A stretch of 63,120 nt of DNA, filler included, from Octopus bimaculoides (Eukaryota), in assembly GCF_001194135.2 (NCBI RefSeq). It is 3 parts of 3 records of this genome, joined end to end, with 100 filler letters (N's around TTAATTAATTAA, not from the genome) between each part and the next. Parts side by side here need not be neighbours in the genome. Positions count along the whole stretch, not along the records: positions 31,812 to 50,379 come from NC_069007.1; positions 50,480 to 63,120 come from NC_068995.1; 1 more part is not named here. One strand, given 5' to 3'. Below the pieces are notes generated by a model. It did no database searches. It saw nothing but the letters and a program-made list of their open reading frames with translations, and was not told the origin of the DNA. Below, in pieces: positions 49,647 through 63,120 of the stretch (positions are counted from its first letter, which is position 1; each line of letters opens with the position of its first letter). The translations under genes and the position numbers were made by a program.

Positions 49647-50681
49647 NNNNNNNNNNNNNNNNNNNNNNNNNNNNNNNNNNNNNNNNNNNNNNNNNNNNNN
49701 NNNNNNNNNNNNNNNNNNNNNNNNNNNNNNNNNNNNNNNNNNNNNNNNNNNNNNNNNNNNNNNNNNNNNNNNNNNNNNNNNNNNNNNNNNNNNNNNNNNN
49801 NNNNNNNNNNNNNNNNNNNNNNNNNNNNNNNTTATGGAACACTGGGCCTCACCGAGGCCATGACTTCTGACTGAGATCTTTGGAAATATGCTGTGCGTGA
49901 GAAGGCCTGGCAAGCCAAGTGAGACCTAAATCCAAGGCCTCTGCCAGGATGCATACCTTCCTACGTTGGACACTAAACTCCGCTTGCGAAGACCTGTTGA
50001 GGCAAGCGAAAGCGAAATCGGGATGGCGCCTGTGCCCTGGCACTTGTGCCAGTGGCACATGTAAGGACATTCGAGCGAGATCATTGCCAGTGCCGCTGGA
50101 CTGGATCCTGTGCAGGTGGCACGTAAAATACACCATTTTGAGCGTGGCCGTTGCCAGTACCGCCTGACTGGCCTTCGTGCAGGTGACACGTAAAAGCACC
50201 CACTACACTCCCGGAGTGGTTGGCGTTAGGAAGGGCATCCAGCTGTAGAAACTCTGCGAAATCAGATTGGAGCTTGGTGTAGCCACCTGGTCCACCAGTC
50301 CTCAGTCAAATCATCCAACCCATGCTAGCATGGAAAGCGGACGTTAAACGATGATGATGATGATGATGATGATGATGATNNNNNNNNNNNNNNNNNNNNN
50401 NNNNNNNNNNNNNNNNNNNNNNNTTAATTAATTAANNNNNNNNNNNNNNNNNNNNNNNNNNNNNNNNNNNNNNNNNNNNATATATATATATATATACACA
50501 TATAATACATATAAGTACGCCCATATACGTTCATATATTTATTTACATACATTTCTGCACTCACAAATACACACACGTACAGATATAGTACATATAAATA
50601 CACCCATATACATCTACACACGTTCGTTTACATATCTGTGCCTACGCACATATGTATTTATTTGCGTGCATATATGCATGC

Positions 50682-50734
<53 letters not shown>

Positions 50735-50879
50735 TGTGTCAGTGTGTGTGTATATTAATTTAAGTTTGCACTGTTAATGTATTCCTAGTTAAAGAGGAGG
50801 AAGTAAGCCGCAGCATCATCATCGTCATCATCAACGGTAATAACACGAAAATCTACTGTTTCCTAATTAATAAACAGTA

Positions 50880-51010
50880 ACAACAACAAGATGAAGATAA
50901 ATGTATTAGAGATTATTAATAACAATAATATTTATAATATTAACGACATCAACCAGGGCAACAAAACTACTGCTGGCACAACTATTTTGAACAACAACAA
51001 CAGCAACGAA

Positions 51011-51051
<41 letters not shown>

Positions 51052-51080
51052 TAATAATAATAATGATAATAATAATAATG

Positions 51081-51114
<34 letters not shown>

Positions 51115-51134
51115 ATGCTGCAAAAGTAATTACG

Positions 51135-51180
<46 letters not shown>

Positions 51181-51462
51181 ACGCAAACATAAAAGTAAAG
51201 ATAAATTTCAAATAACATTAATGGATATTTAATGTGAAAGTAAGTTGAAAGTAATGCAGCACTTAACTTCATCGTCATCATCATCATCATCATCATCATC
51301 AACATTTACATTCTTATCATCATTATCATCATAATCATCATTAACAGTCTCATTATCATCAAGATCATTATAATCGTCAATCATTACCATCATCAACAAC
51401 AATAATAATTATGATAATAATAATAATAATGATAATAATAATAATAATAATAATAATAATGT

Positions 51463-51493
<31 letters not shown>

Positions 51494-51520
51494 AATAATG
51501 TTGATGATAATGATAATGAT
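50880..51520. repeat. Compound (AAT)n/(CA)n/(CAT)n/(GAT)n microsatellite cluster
   Basis: Direct reading. Confidence 0.9.
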
Positions 51521-52706
51521 GTTTATTACGGCATTGTAGCATTGTATTTATGTATTGTGCTTGTCGTTGCAGTGGTGGTGGTCATAAATGTACAGATATT
51601 GGTTCTAGTTACATTAAGTGTAGTGGTAGTTGTACCGGTTTTAATTCTGGTGTTTGTGGTATTTCTTTAGGCTGAAGTAGTGGTGGTAGTGTTAATGTTG
51701 GCGATAGTATCGGCTATAGTAGCAGCGGTTATAGTGACAGTATCTTCTCAAGCACTAGAAAAAGAAAAGCAATCAACACAAAGTGGGATTCTGCTTCTTG
51801 AATTAAAGGGTCGGCCCTATTATGGTTGTACTTCCACAACGGAACCTTTTTGGGTGAGGAACGATTGTTTGGCGTTTTTATTTTTGTAACCACTTTTGGA
51901 CTTTGTAGATGTAAGTAACAAAATTCACAGAATGTAAGACAGATTCTTATAATGAAAAATTATGAGAACATAATTTTCAGGAAGAGTGGATTCTTATACT
52001 GTAATCAGTTACCATTTTTAGTCTCTCGAACGAATATTATGGTTTCAAGTATTTTCGGGAGGGTAGAGCATGGAACCAAACTCCTTGTTGAAGCACATAT
52101 CATGCCAGAAATATTTTGTTAGGGAGGAGGTTCTTCAAATTGTGTAGACATTTCCAGGGGAAACGAAGAGAGAAAATAACACGCAGATTGAAGGAGTGGC
52201 AGTTGGTGAGGAAATCTGATGATAAACAAGGGACTTTTAACCGAAATCAGGGACACTCATGGTCTACTACCAATAGATATTTATTACTTGCAGACAAAAT
52301 TAACAGATATATGAAATTTCCTTCTTGAATTTTCATATTTCTATCCTACATATTTGCTGCCCTCTTTTTACTCGATGTAAATCCCATTATTGTGTGTTCG
52401 TATTCCGTCCTTGTAATGTCCCCAATGTGTTTGAACCCTTGTGGCCAATGAAAAAATCATCATTATCATTATTATTGAAGGCGGTGAGCGGGCAGAGTCG
52501 TTAGCATGCTGGGAAAAATGCTTAGCGGTATTTCGTCTGTCTTCACATTCCGAGTTCAAATTCCGCCGAGGTCGATTTTGCCTTTCATCCTTTCGGGGTC
52601 GATAAATTAAGTACCAGTGAAATACTGGTGTTGGTGTCGTCTACTAGTCCCCTCCCCACAGTTTCAAGCCTTGTGCCTTCAGCAGAAAAGATTATTATTA
52701 TTATTA

Positions 52707-52767
<61 letters not shown>

Positions 52768-53370
52768 CATTATTATTATTATTGCATTGTGTTGCAATTT
52801 CCGTTTCGAAAGAGATTTGAAAAAACCAGAAGGAATGCCAACTACAGGAGGAACAAAAACCAAACACTGAATACAAAAGAAGATCTCACCCTCACCAACA
52901 GATGGCGGTGTTGGTATTGGTCGTTGTGAAGATGGTGTTGATGATAGTAATTATTATCATCATCATCCTCATCATCATAAATGATTTGAATGATTTTTAA
53001 CATCCGTTACTTATTCAATGTTTTATTCTTCTGTGATGCCAATATATTTTTTTGTATAGACAAGCGGAACGCATTATAAACATACACACACTGGACTATA
53101 TATATACACACACCATAAACAGTATGATGTACAGCCATACACATACCCACACAATGACATATAGGCAGACGCGAATACACAACACAACCACATACATACA
53201 GACACAAATACACTGATATACATTTGGGCACAACACATCACAACATAACCGCCAGACACGTGGACAAGGAGAAACACACATACATATACATATATATACA
53301 CAAATGCATACTCGTATCTATATACTCAGATATAGGTAATCACACACACACACCCACAACACACACACAC

Positions 53371-53437
<67 letters not shown>

Positions 53438-53759
53438 TTATCATATACAAACACACACGCTAAGATACAACATATTACTATCCTCACCCCCATACACATA
53501 CACAGAAACACACACATACGCAGATATACGTCCACACTGACACCTACACACGTCGGTATAGAAAGGTTTCAATCGATAGTTAGATATAGCCAATGGACAG
53601 ATGTGATAATGTGACGTGACTAAAGTGGAGATCGGAAAACTAGAGTATTATTAGGCGATAAATCAGGAAATGAGACATAACTGAAAGATCGGCGAAAGAA
53701 AAGACATGTCTAATGGCTAGTTGGGAAAATAAAACACGACTAATGTGAAAGGGAGAGAG

Positions 53760-53890
53760 AAACAAACCATAACGAGGAGAGAGAAAGAGAGAAGCAAACC
53801 ATAACGAGGAGAGAGAGAGAGAGTGAGAGAAACAAACCATAACGAGAGTGAGAGAGAAAGCGAAAGAAACTGAGAGAGAACGAACGAAAG
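53760..53890. repeat. GA-rich minisatellite (CAAACCATAACGAG core x3)
   Basis: Direct reading. Confidence 0.8.
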
Positions 53891-54567
53891 AGAGGGTGGT
53901 TACAAACACGAATCACCTCCACTTTACCTAATAAAAAATGGTAGATTTGCAGCGAGGCAAGTTAGTTTATAGAACTTATCCATCCTTAGCAATAATATTG
54001 ATTTTGTTTTTCTGTAGCAGAGGCACAAGGATTCCCAATTTAGGGGAGGACTAGAGTATAATCGGTTAAATCGACTCCGATATTTGATTGATATTTTATT
54101 TTTTCCGACAACGGATGGGTGATTGTCAAAATTGGCTTCAGTCGGATTTGAACTGGAATAATAAAAATAATCCTGTCTTAGTAAAATAATGATTCCTCAC
54201 AGAGACACAGGACCAGATATTTGATTTGTGTGTGTGTGTATGTGTGTGTGTGTGTGTCGGTTATTGATTACGATCGATGCTATATCGGCCCTTGGAAGGA
54301 TAAAAGTAAATGTCTAGCTTGTCGGGATTAGAGATCAGAAACATGGAATCGTGCATCCAAATATTGGTTTCAAATTTTGGCACAAGGCCAGTAATTTTTG
54401 GAGAGGCAGTGCTCTCCTGGTACTTATTTTGTCGATCCCGAAAATTCCCGTCGGAATTTGAACTTAGAAGGTAAAGGCGGACCAAATGCCGCTAAGTATT
54501 TTGTCCGGCGTGCTAGTGTATCTAAGTATTGCCTTACTGTATCTAGGCTGCCTTAGTGTATCTAAAT

Positions 54568-54756
54568 CAGTGGTTCTCAGACTTTTTCAGGCTGTCGCCC
54601 CCTTGGCACCTGGGACACATTTCTAAAGTAAAAATAGTGAAGAGTAATTAACCCTTTATTTTATTTTTTTACACCCAACGCCGCTTTTTAGCCACCCCAT
54701 TATCATTTCACTTTTCTTCACTAAGGGGTCAGTCGCACTCACCTTGGGAACCACGG
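54568..54756. mobile_element. hAT-type MITE with 8-bp target site duplication
   Basis: CAGTGGTTCTCA...TGGGAACCACGG flanked by identical ATCTAAAT (54560-54567 and 54757-54764). Confidence 0.85.
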
Positions 54757-55957
54757 ATCTAAATATTGCAAACCGTTTTACATGACGTTCTCACAATTCA
54801 ATGTTGTTATGTTCAACATCCTACCAGAAATAGCAGCCAAATCCACCTTAAATCACAGCCTATTTCGTTAAAATGAAATGACGTTGAATATTATAGTACC
54901 AGGTGCATTATACCTGAAAAGTAAAAAACGGGATGGTCACGGCTGGTACGATTAATATCACAGCTCTGTCCAATCAGTGCTGTTCTGGGGTAAGCAACAG
55001 TTCCGAACGGAGCCTCAACATAGTATCGTAACCTGTTAGAAATTTCAACGAAGTCATCTTTACCATTAAAAAAAATTGAAGGACACATGAAATAGTAGAA
55101 TCTCTGTGCTAGAAATAACAGCTAAAAGTCATTCACACTACATCCTACCATACTGAGAAGAAAAGAAAAGAAAAAGTAAGTACATATTTAATAATGTAGT
55201 CCGAGACATACTTTGTTACGAAAAGCAACGAACAGCAACTGAATGGTTGAGACTGGAACGGTTTAGCTGCTATATCTGTTGTGCTAAATTTTGACCAAAG
55301 TTATTTCCCAAACCTTCTTTCTACACTAACAACCCCTCGATAATACCACAGAAATCTTCAGCTTTCATTAGTTTAGTAAATTTGTGAACTGGTAGTTTTT
55401 TAAATATTAGATTTCTTGTTAGTTCCTTCTAATGTGTTATTTTGTTTGCTAAACTCTATAATTTCTGGTAATTTATTATTTAAGTGTCGGCAAAAGTAAT
55501 TAGATTTTTTTTTCTTGTGAAATTCAATAAGGACTTGAGACGAAATCTTTGTATACTTTCGTCAATTTATATTCATTATCTCAGTCTTTCAAGTTGAAAC
55601 TTTGCTGGCAGCATTGACAATTTCATCTCCAGCAAATTTCTCTTCAAGAAAATAGATCAGTTTTATGCTCTTTAAGTTCCGTGTCATTACTTTCTTTCGA
55701 TTTATAACCAATTCGCTGGTTCTGGCCACATATTTTCTTATTAGAGTGTGCGTTTACACACGTACGTACGTACACACATACATACATGCATACATACATA
55801 AACACAAACAAATGCATAAATATATACATGCATAAACATACACATATGCATACATATACATACAGAAACACACACACACATATATACAGACAGAAACACA
55901 CACACACACATATATATACATACAGAAACACACACACACACATATATATACATACAG

Positions 55958-56012
<55 letters not shown>

Positions 56013-56270
56013 CAGAAACACACACACATGACATGGCATTCAAACATACATACATTTTTATTTTCGTCGAGTCAGCCTCTGCTGCTCTGAGTTTTGCGTG
56101 TGGGTGTGCTGGGTCTGCAGGCAACTTATTAATATCTACTATGGTATTGGGTACTCTCTTCTTCAACATGTGCAAGTGTGTGTGTATGTCTGTATATATG
56201 TGCTTGTATGTATGTGTTCTGTCAGAAGGCGGCCTCTTCAAGTCTCGGTAACCCGACGGAAGATATCAGG

Positions 56271-56325
56271 AGGTCTCCCTTCCCTAGTCGAGGTCTCCCT
56301 TCCCTAGTCGAGGTCTCCCTTCCTT
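56271..56325 (+). repeat. 20-bp tandem repeat AGGTCTCCCTTCCCTAGTCG (about 2.7 copies)
   Basis: Direct reading. Confidence 0.9.
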
Positions 56326-57003
56326 AAGCGATTAACCACCCCCACCAATCTTTGTTCTAAACACAAATGAATAATCCGCTTCTAATTGCTATGGATCAGA
56401 AGGTATCACAATTGCATAAACATTAGAAAAAGAAAATTGATCAACTTACTTCGACACCAGCCCTTTTCGACATCCGCCGCCACCATAATCTTGTAAATAA
56501 ACCATTTAAACGGAAAACAAATCGATCTCAGTGCCCCTGGTTCAATTTCACTTTGAGGTATTTAATAAATTGCATCGTAGTTTCGTTGAAACGGTTTAAT
56601 AATATTTTGGTGAGGAGTATTCATCTTTATTTGTCTCTAATGTTTTTCTATTCTTGTTACGTCCTTATTGTTATCATTGTTTTTATATTTCCAACTTTCT
56701 ATGTTCAAATTTTAGAGAAAGAAAATAATTTGCATACACACTATGGAAAACAATTACACACGAATCTTCCTAATGCGGGAACATACAGACATACATGCTT
56801 AAATTACGCCTACAAAACTACATTATTCACACACACATACAATCTTATATTGATCTCTGTTTCTATATTTATTTATATACATACGTACATACAGTTATAT
56901 GTGTGTGTGAATAAATATACGAATCTATGTGCGTATATGCACGTATATATGTGTATTTGTATGTATGTATGTATGTATGTATGTATGTACGTATGTATGT
57001 ATG

Positions 57004-57045
<42 letters not shown>

Positions 57046-57105
57046 TGTATATGTATATATATACATACAATTATATTGATCTTTCTCTCTGAATGTATAC
57101 ATCTA

Positions 57106-57141
<36 letters not shown>

Positions 57142-57465
57142 GGAGAGCAAGCGATTTTATACTAATTAAATGAGTCTTCAAATGTCTATGTATTAAGACA
57201 GAAGAGTAGATAATTAGTTTTCCGGGATAAATAATTTATAATTATATAAATGTGTCTCCGATTAGTTGAATCCGAACAAAGGAATTATTTAAAAAATTGC
57301 TTGTCAAAATAATTAGGAATTCAACAAAAATATTACAAATTTAATTGGGAATTATTAATTGGTAATGAAACAAACAATACGAACATTTATGAGTGTGTAT
57401 GCTTGTATGTATATATATAGATATATATACACATATGTACATATATATATATATGTGTGTGTGTG

Positions 57466-57514
<49 letters not shown>

Positions 57515-58415
57515 CGTGTGTGTAATACTATTAGGGACAAGATGTTTTCGCAACCGGAGTTAATTATATTTTATTCTAACGCATTTTTTGTTTTTCTTTC
57601 TTAATACTTAAAAAAAAATAATAAACGAAAATTAAATACTATTTTACTTATTAAGTTATAAAATTACATGAATCACTGAAGTTCTTATTTCAAATGTTAC
57701 TTCTAGTTGAATTAGTAAGTGTTTTGCGGTATATATTAATTCTATGCATACAGAAAATGCTAACTACTTTTGGAGCAGTGCGTTGTAGTTTGGTTCGGGT
57801 TTAGTTGATATATAATAGTTTATGTTGCGTCCTTGATTATTTAACAAGGCCTTTATAGTACCGGGAACCATGGGGGTAAAAAAGTGGAAATGATACGGGA
57901 TTGATAAGGAACAACAATATATCTTGTGTTGCTGTATAGGAACTAACAAATTTAGATATCAAGATATGATCTAAATTGAAACGTGGTCAATGTGGTCGTT
58001 ATAACCTCAGCCTCATCATTGAACTCTTCTAAAGTCCCTGAAGGACCAGAGTTGTATATTTTTTATTTGACTTTATTTCTATTTGTCTTTGAAACCGTAA
58101 ACGGATTAAATCTACAGACGACAGAGATAATATAGTCCATTAGAAGCACTTTCACAATATTTGTCAGTTTATTCCCGTGAGAAGTCTTCGGTCAACTCAG
58201 AACAACATGTAGAGAAAACCATACTTGCCCCATATACGATTCAGGGATAGGATCGAACCCGTAAAAGAGTGATTGCCAATGTCTTTGTGACACTCCATGA
58301 TTTTGTTCTTTGGTTCGATATATTTTCAACGGAGACCAGTAAATGTTCTAGGTCCTTTCTATTATTTCACCCTATCCTCCTGGTAGGGTGACATAGGGTA
58401 ACGAAATCTCCCCAA

Positions 58416-58461
58416 GACACCTGATGAAGGCTGGAGGATGTATCAGCCGAATTGTTGTGTT
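58416..58461 (+). ncRNA. Degenerate minimal type I hammerhead ribozyme of a Penelope-like element terminus
   Basis: GACAC-CTGATGA-A-GGCTG/CAGCC-GAAtt-GTT-GTGTT: stems I and II intact, GAAAC core altered to GAATT. Confidence 0.6.
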
Positions 58462-59620
58462 AACAACAAACAAGGTGAGGACAAATATCCATCAAATGTA
58501 AATAATGTAAATAATGAATTTTGTCACTGTTTGGCTTTGAATCCTCAATTCATAATGAAATCGGTTGCGAGTCTGTCGTTATGGTCAGGTCATCAGCGGT
58601 CTTGGCTATTTAAACCTGGTGTATTCCATCATTTTTCATATCCAACTCCATCCAACTTCTCCCTGGGAAAGGAATCGCCGACAATGCAGGATTGGCACTG
58701 TATTTATCAATCTCGAAAGAATAAAAAGCTCAGATTATCTTGGTGAGATTATTTAACATAGCGTTCAAAGAATCGAGACGAATTTTACAAGACATTCTAA
58801 CAGACAGCCCAAGAATTTAAACGATATGTAACACTCACAAGAAATGTGCGTCGTTTCTGAAACGATATACGATCTAAATATAATAGCATTTTGGCTTTAC
58901 TACTACAAAAATCTCCCTTGGGTGGACTAGCTAGACGTGTAGCTAGGTAGACAGGTAGGTAGTTAGAGAGGTATGCGGTTAATATAGATAAGTAGGCAAC
59001 ATGATGGGGATACTTCGTGTGTGATAAAAACAAAAGGATAGTTTTTGATAAACCCCAGGAGGAACTTGATAAAGAAAGAGATAAAACAATGAACAATCGA
59101 TCTTTAGAAATTCGAAAAACAAGATGGCTTTCTCCAGATGTGACGTTACTTGGGACTTGTTTAAACAAATGCCATTTTTCAGCAGTGGTTATGTTCTAAT
59201 TTTTTTTTGTTCTGTATACGAGTTAGCCGTATATGTACTTGTATGCATACTCATGTGTGAGTGTATGTGCGTGTGTGTTGTGTGTGTGTGTGAACACATG
59301 TTTGTATAGTTGTGTTTTTTGTGAGGGTAGGTGTATGTCTGTAGGCGTAAGTGTATGTGCAAGTGAGTCTTATGTGTTTATGTGCATGTATGCATGTATG
59401 CATGTATGCATGTATGCATGTATGCGTATATGTGTGCGTATTTTATGCATATGTTGTTGTGTAGGTTTATAGTTCACGTATAATTCTGTTAATTCTTGGT
59501 TATATGTGAATTGCTAACAGCTTTTCTCACAATCATCATCACAGTCACCCATCCATACGACCGTCATCATCAACATCATTATCATAACCATTACCAATTT
59601 CTTCACCAGAATAGGCCTCG

Positions 59621-59663
<43 letters not shown>

Positions 59664-60889
59664 CACCACTAATAAACCACTAACAGTAAACGTAGTAGCC
59701 CTACACCTACCTCACAATCTGCTACAGTTTTTCAAAAGTTAGAACACATAGGAATGTTATATCTGTGAACACACACACACATGGTTTCATTGCTGAGGTA
59801 TGTTTTTAAAACAGTAGGATGTGGTTGTAACTCAAATAGATTGAGGAATTTTTGAAAGAATAAAGCTTAAAATCAATCATACACAATATGACGTCATAGC
59901 TTAGTGATTTAGAGGAGCAGTACTCTATAGCTAAGAAACAGTATTAATTTATATAAATTTTTATATAATGAAGTGAACCACGTTACTGCGTCTCAAAATA
60001 TGCTTGGGTTTCTGATATCTGAGGACTGACTCAGATAGAAAATCAGGACGAAGGAAACACATATCGTGAATTATGAATTCGATTTGTAATTCTGGAAGAC
60101 AAGGTGTATGGTCACATCCTGTGGTATCTAAGTACATTTTATACGGTGGATTGAACCACCTAATCTAATATTTATTACAAGGTGGATTGAAGCAATCCAC
60201 AAACCCGTCAGGAGAAAAACAGTAGTTCCCTGAAGTGCTTTAAACCGATTATCAAAGGAACCTTACCGCCTACGTAAGAGGTTATTCGCTGTACTGGAAA
60301 AAGGAATCATGAATAATTTGCTTGGTGAGGATGTGGATAGGTAGGAAACATTTCTGAGAACAGAAATAAAAAAAAAATGAAAACAAACAATTTACAAAAA
60401 TCAAAAAGCAAAAAAAACAAAAAAAAAAAACAAAAACAAAACTAAAAAAAAAAAAAGAAAACTTAGAAGAAATAACGATTGTATAGGAATGTGACAGTAA
60501 GAAATCCCCACGGAAAAATATTAAACAATTTCATCTGAGTGAAAACTTATAATTAACTTTGTAGTGATGTTGAGGGGAAAAAATTGTGACTGTCTCGTAA
60601 AGTATTCTGTGACAATATACATACATACACACACACACACATATATGTATACATACATACACATATATACATACACACACACACACATATATATATATAC
60701 ACATATATACATATATAAATGCACACAAACATATGTATATATATACATATATGTATATGTATACACACATATACATACACATGTATACAAAATATACAAA
60801 TTCGTATATATATATAAATTTATATATATATACATATATGCACACATATATACATAAATTTATATATATGCATATATATCAATTGATAC

Positions 60890-60956
<67 letters not shown>

Positions 60957-61848
60957 NNNNNNNNNNNNNNNNNNNNNNNNNNNNNNNNNNNNNNNNNNNN
61001 NNNNNNNNNNNNNNNNNNNNNNNNNNNNNNNNNNNNNNNNNNNNNNNNNNNNNNNNNNNNNNNNNNNNNNNNNNNNNNNNNNNNNNNNNNNNNNNNNNNN
61101 NNNNNNNNNNNNNNNNNNNNNNNNNNNNNNNNNNNNNNNNNNNNNNNNNNNNNNNNNNNNNNNNNNNNNNNNNNNNNNNNNNNNNNNNNNNNNNNNNNNN
61201 NNNNNNNNNNNNNNNNNNNNNNNNNNNNNNNNNNNNNNNNNNNNNNNNNNNNNNNNNNNNNNNNNNNNNNNNNNNNNNNNNNNNNNNNNNNNNNNNNNNN
61301 NNNNNNNNNNNNNNNNNNNNNNNNNNNNNNNNNNNNNNNNNNNNNNNNNNNNNNNNNNNNNNNNNNNNNNNNNNNNNNNNNNNNNNNNNNNNNNNNNNNN
61401 NNNNNNNNNNNNNNNNNNNNNNNNNNNNNNNNNNNNNNNNNNNNNNNNNNNNNNNNNNNNNNNNNNNNNNNNNNNNNNNNNNNNNNNNNNNNNNNNNNNN
61501 NNNNNNNNNNNNNNNNNNNNNNNNNNNNNNNNNNNNNNNNNNNNNNNNNNNNNNNNNNNNNNNNNNNNNNNNNNNNNNNNNNNNNNNNNNNNNNNNNNNN
61601 NNNNNNNNNNNNNNNNNNNNNNNNNNNNNNNNNNNNNNNNNNNNNNNNNNNNNNNNNNNNNNNNNNNNNNNNNNNNNNNNNNNNNNNNNNNNNNNNNNNN
61701 NNNNNNNNNNNNNNNNNNNNNNNNNNNNNNNNNNNNNNNNNNNNNNNNNNNNNNNNNNNNNNNNNNNNNNNNNNNNNNNNNNNNNNNNNNNNNNNNNNNN
61801 NNNNNNNNNNNNNNNNNNNNNNNNNNNNNNNNNNNNNNNNNNNNNNNN

Positions 61849-61879
<31 letters not shown>

Positions 61880-62953
61880 TTATTTATTTATTCAATCTAT
61901 GTATGGGTGCACATAAAACATATATACACACACAAACACAAATATATTAAATCTCAAACTAATCAGCTGAAACCTCTTAGAAAAATACACAAAATAGATT
62001 GAACAGAAAAGTGAAGCGCATGCTTGCCGGCCGCACGCACGCGCACACACACACACACGCGCACGCGCACACGCACACACTCATAAATATGCAACGAATG
62101 TATCATTTATGTATTTTTTCCGAGTTTACTTCAGGAAGAAGAGTGTGTGCCAAAACATTGTTGTACTTGTGGGGGCGATTTACTTTCAATGTATACATAC
62201 CCTTGTATGTATACATTGTTTTCGATGTTTCTGAGTTAACATTGTATGCGCTGTTTTCGAGTTAACTAATTAATTAATTAATTAATTAGTTAACTTGATG
62301 GGTCAAAGTTTTTTCCAGCACACGAGTGTTGCTTTGAATGATTTCACCTGAGAGCAATTTGTATCTCGTGTCTGTTATTTATACGCACTGAAACATGTAT
62401 ATGTAAGATACCGTCCCAATGTGTGTCTCATTAATTCTTCTGTGCGTGTTCGAGTAATTGTAATTGCGATAATTGGGTGATGTCAGTTCAATTCTCCACA
62501 TGCGCGTCCATTGACTTATTCTGTTCTCATTTCGTTAATTTCCATAATTTATCTTTATTTGTCTCAGTCACTGGACTACGGCCAAGCTGGAGGACCTTGA
62601 AGTGATCAATTGAACAAACCAACACCCGTAGTTATTTTATAAGGGGTGGGGTACTTATTCTGCTGCTCTCTTTTATTTACGGAGACACAAACACACCATC
62701 ACCGGTTGTCAAGTGGTGTGGTGGTGGAAGCACACACACACACACACACATACAGATATCGCACACGCACACACACATACACGCACACACGTTCATCTTC
62801 CAGTTTCCGTCTATCATATCTATTCAAAAGAGTTTGCTCGGTCCGGGGCTAGAGTGGAAGACATTCACCCAATGAGTCACGCAGTTTGAACGAACGTACA
62901 GCCACGTGACTGGTAAACAAACTATAACAGAGCCATGCCTGCGCACACACACA

Positions 62954-62990
<37 letters not shown>

Positions 62991-63120
62991 TTATATATAT
63001 ATCTTTATATATATGTATATATATGTATATATATATATGTATGTATATATATGTATATATATATATGTATGTATATATATATGTATATATATATATGTAT
63101 GTATATATATGTATATATAT

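Overview
AT-rich, repeat-dense animal genomic DNA, most likely an octopus (inferred from the SINE/RTE repeat families and the CA/TA/TAT/CAT microsatellites), with several N gaps. Two spliced protein-coding genes sit head-to-head and are only fragmentarily visible in the ORF track. (1) RPL29 on the minus strand: coding exons 18909-18873, 8835-8771 and 8076-7903, 91 aa. (2) A class A GPCR of the moody/Tre1/GPR84/melatonin-receptor type on the plus strand: exons 19967-20132, 24627-24830 and 26760-27523, 377 aa. Main result: the ~10 kb intron between the first two RPL29 coding exons holds at least 8 dispersed, well-conserved copies of a ~142-nt box H/ACA snoRNA in host-sense orientation. Its two pockets match the 28S rRNA peptidyl-transferase-centre sites guided by yeast snR34 / human SNORA65 (U65). 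Three copies are followed by a homologous, stop-containing 52-nt candidate cassette exon, and two others by candidate acceptor sites, suggesting a non-coding snoRNA-host transcript nested inside a ribosomal protein intron, possibly coupled to NMD. The same intron has a pri-miRNA-like hairpin. Elsewhere: an R4/Dong-like element in a (TAA)n tract, many RTE LINE 3' ends, an RTE RT fragment, a Charlie-like hAT transposase relic, hAT and piggyBac MITEs, three SINE families, a tRNA-Glu/RTE chimera, a diverged ~350-bp tandem array and a degenerate Penelope-type hammerhead ribozyme. I recognise no protein-coding gene after 27.5 kb.
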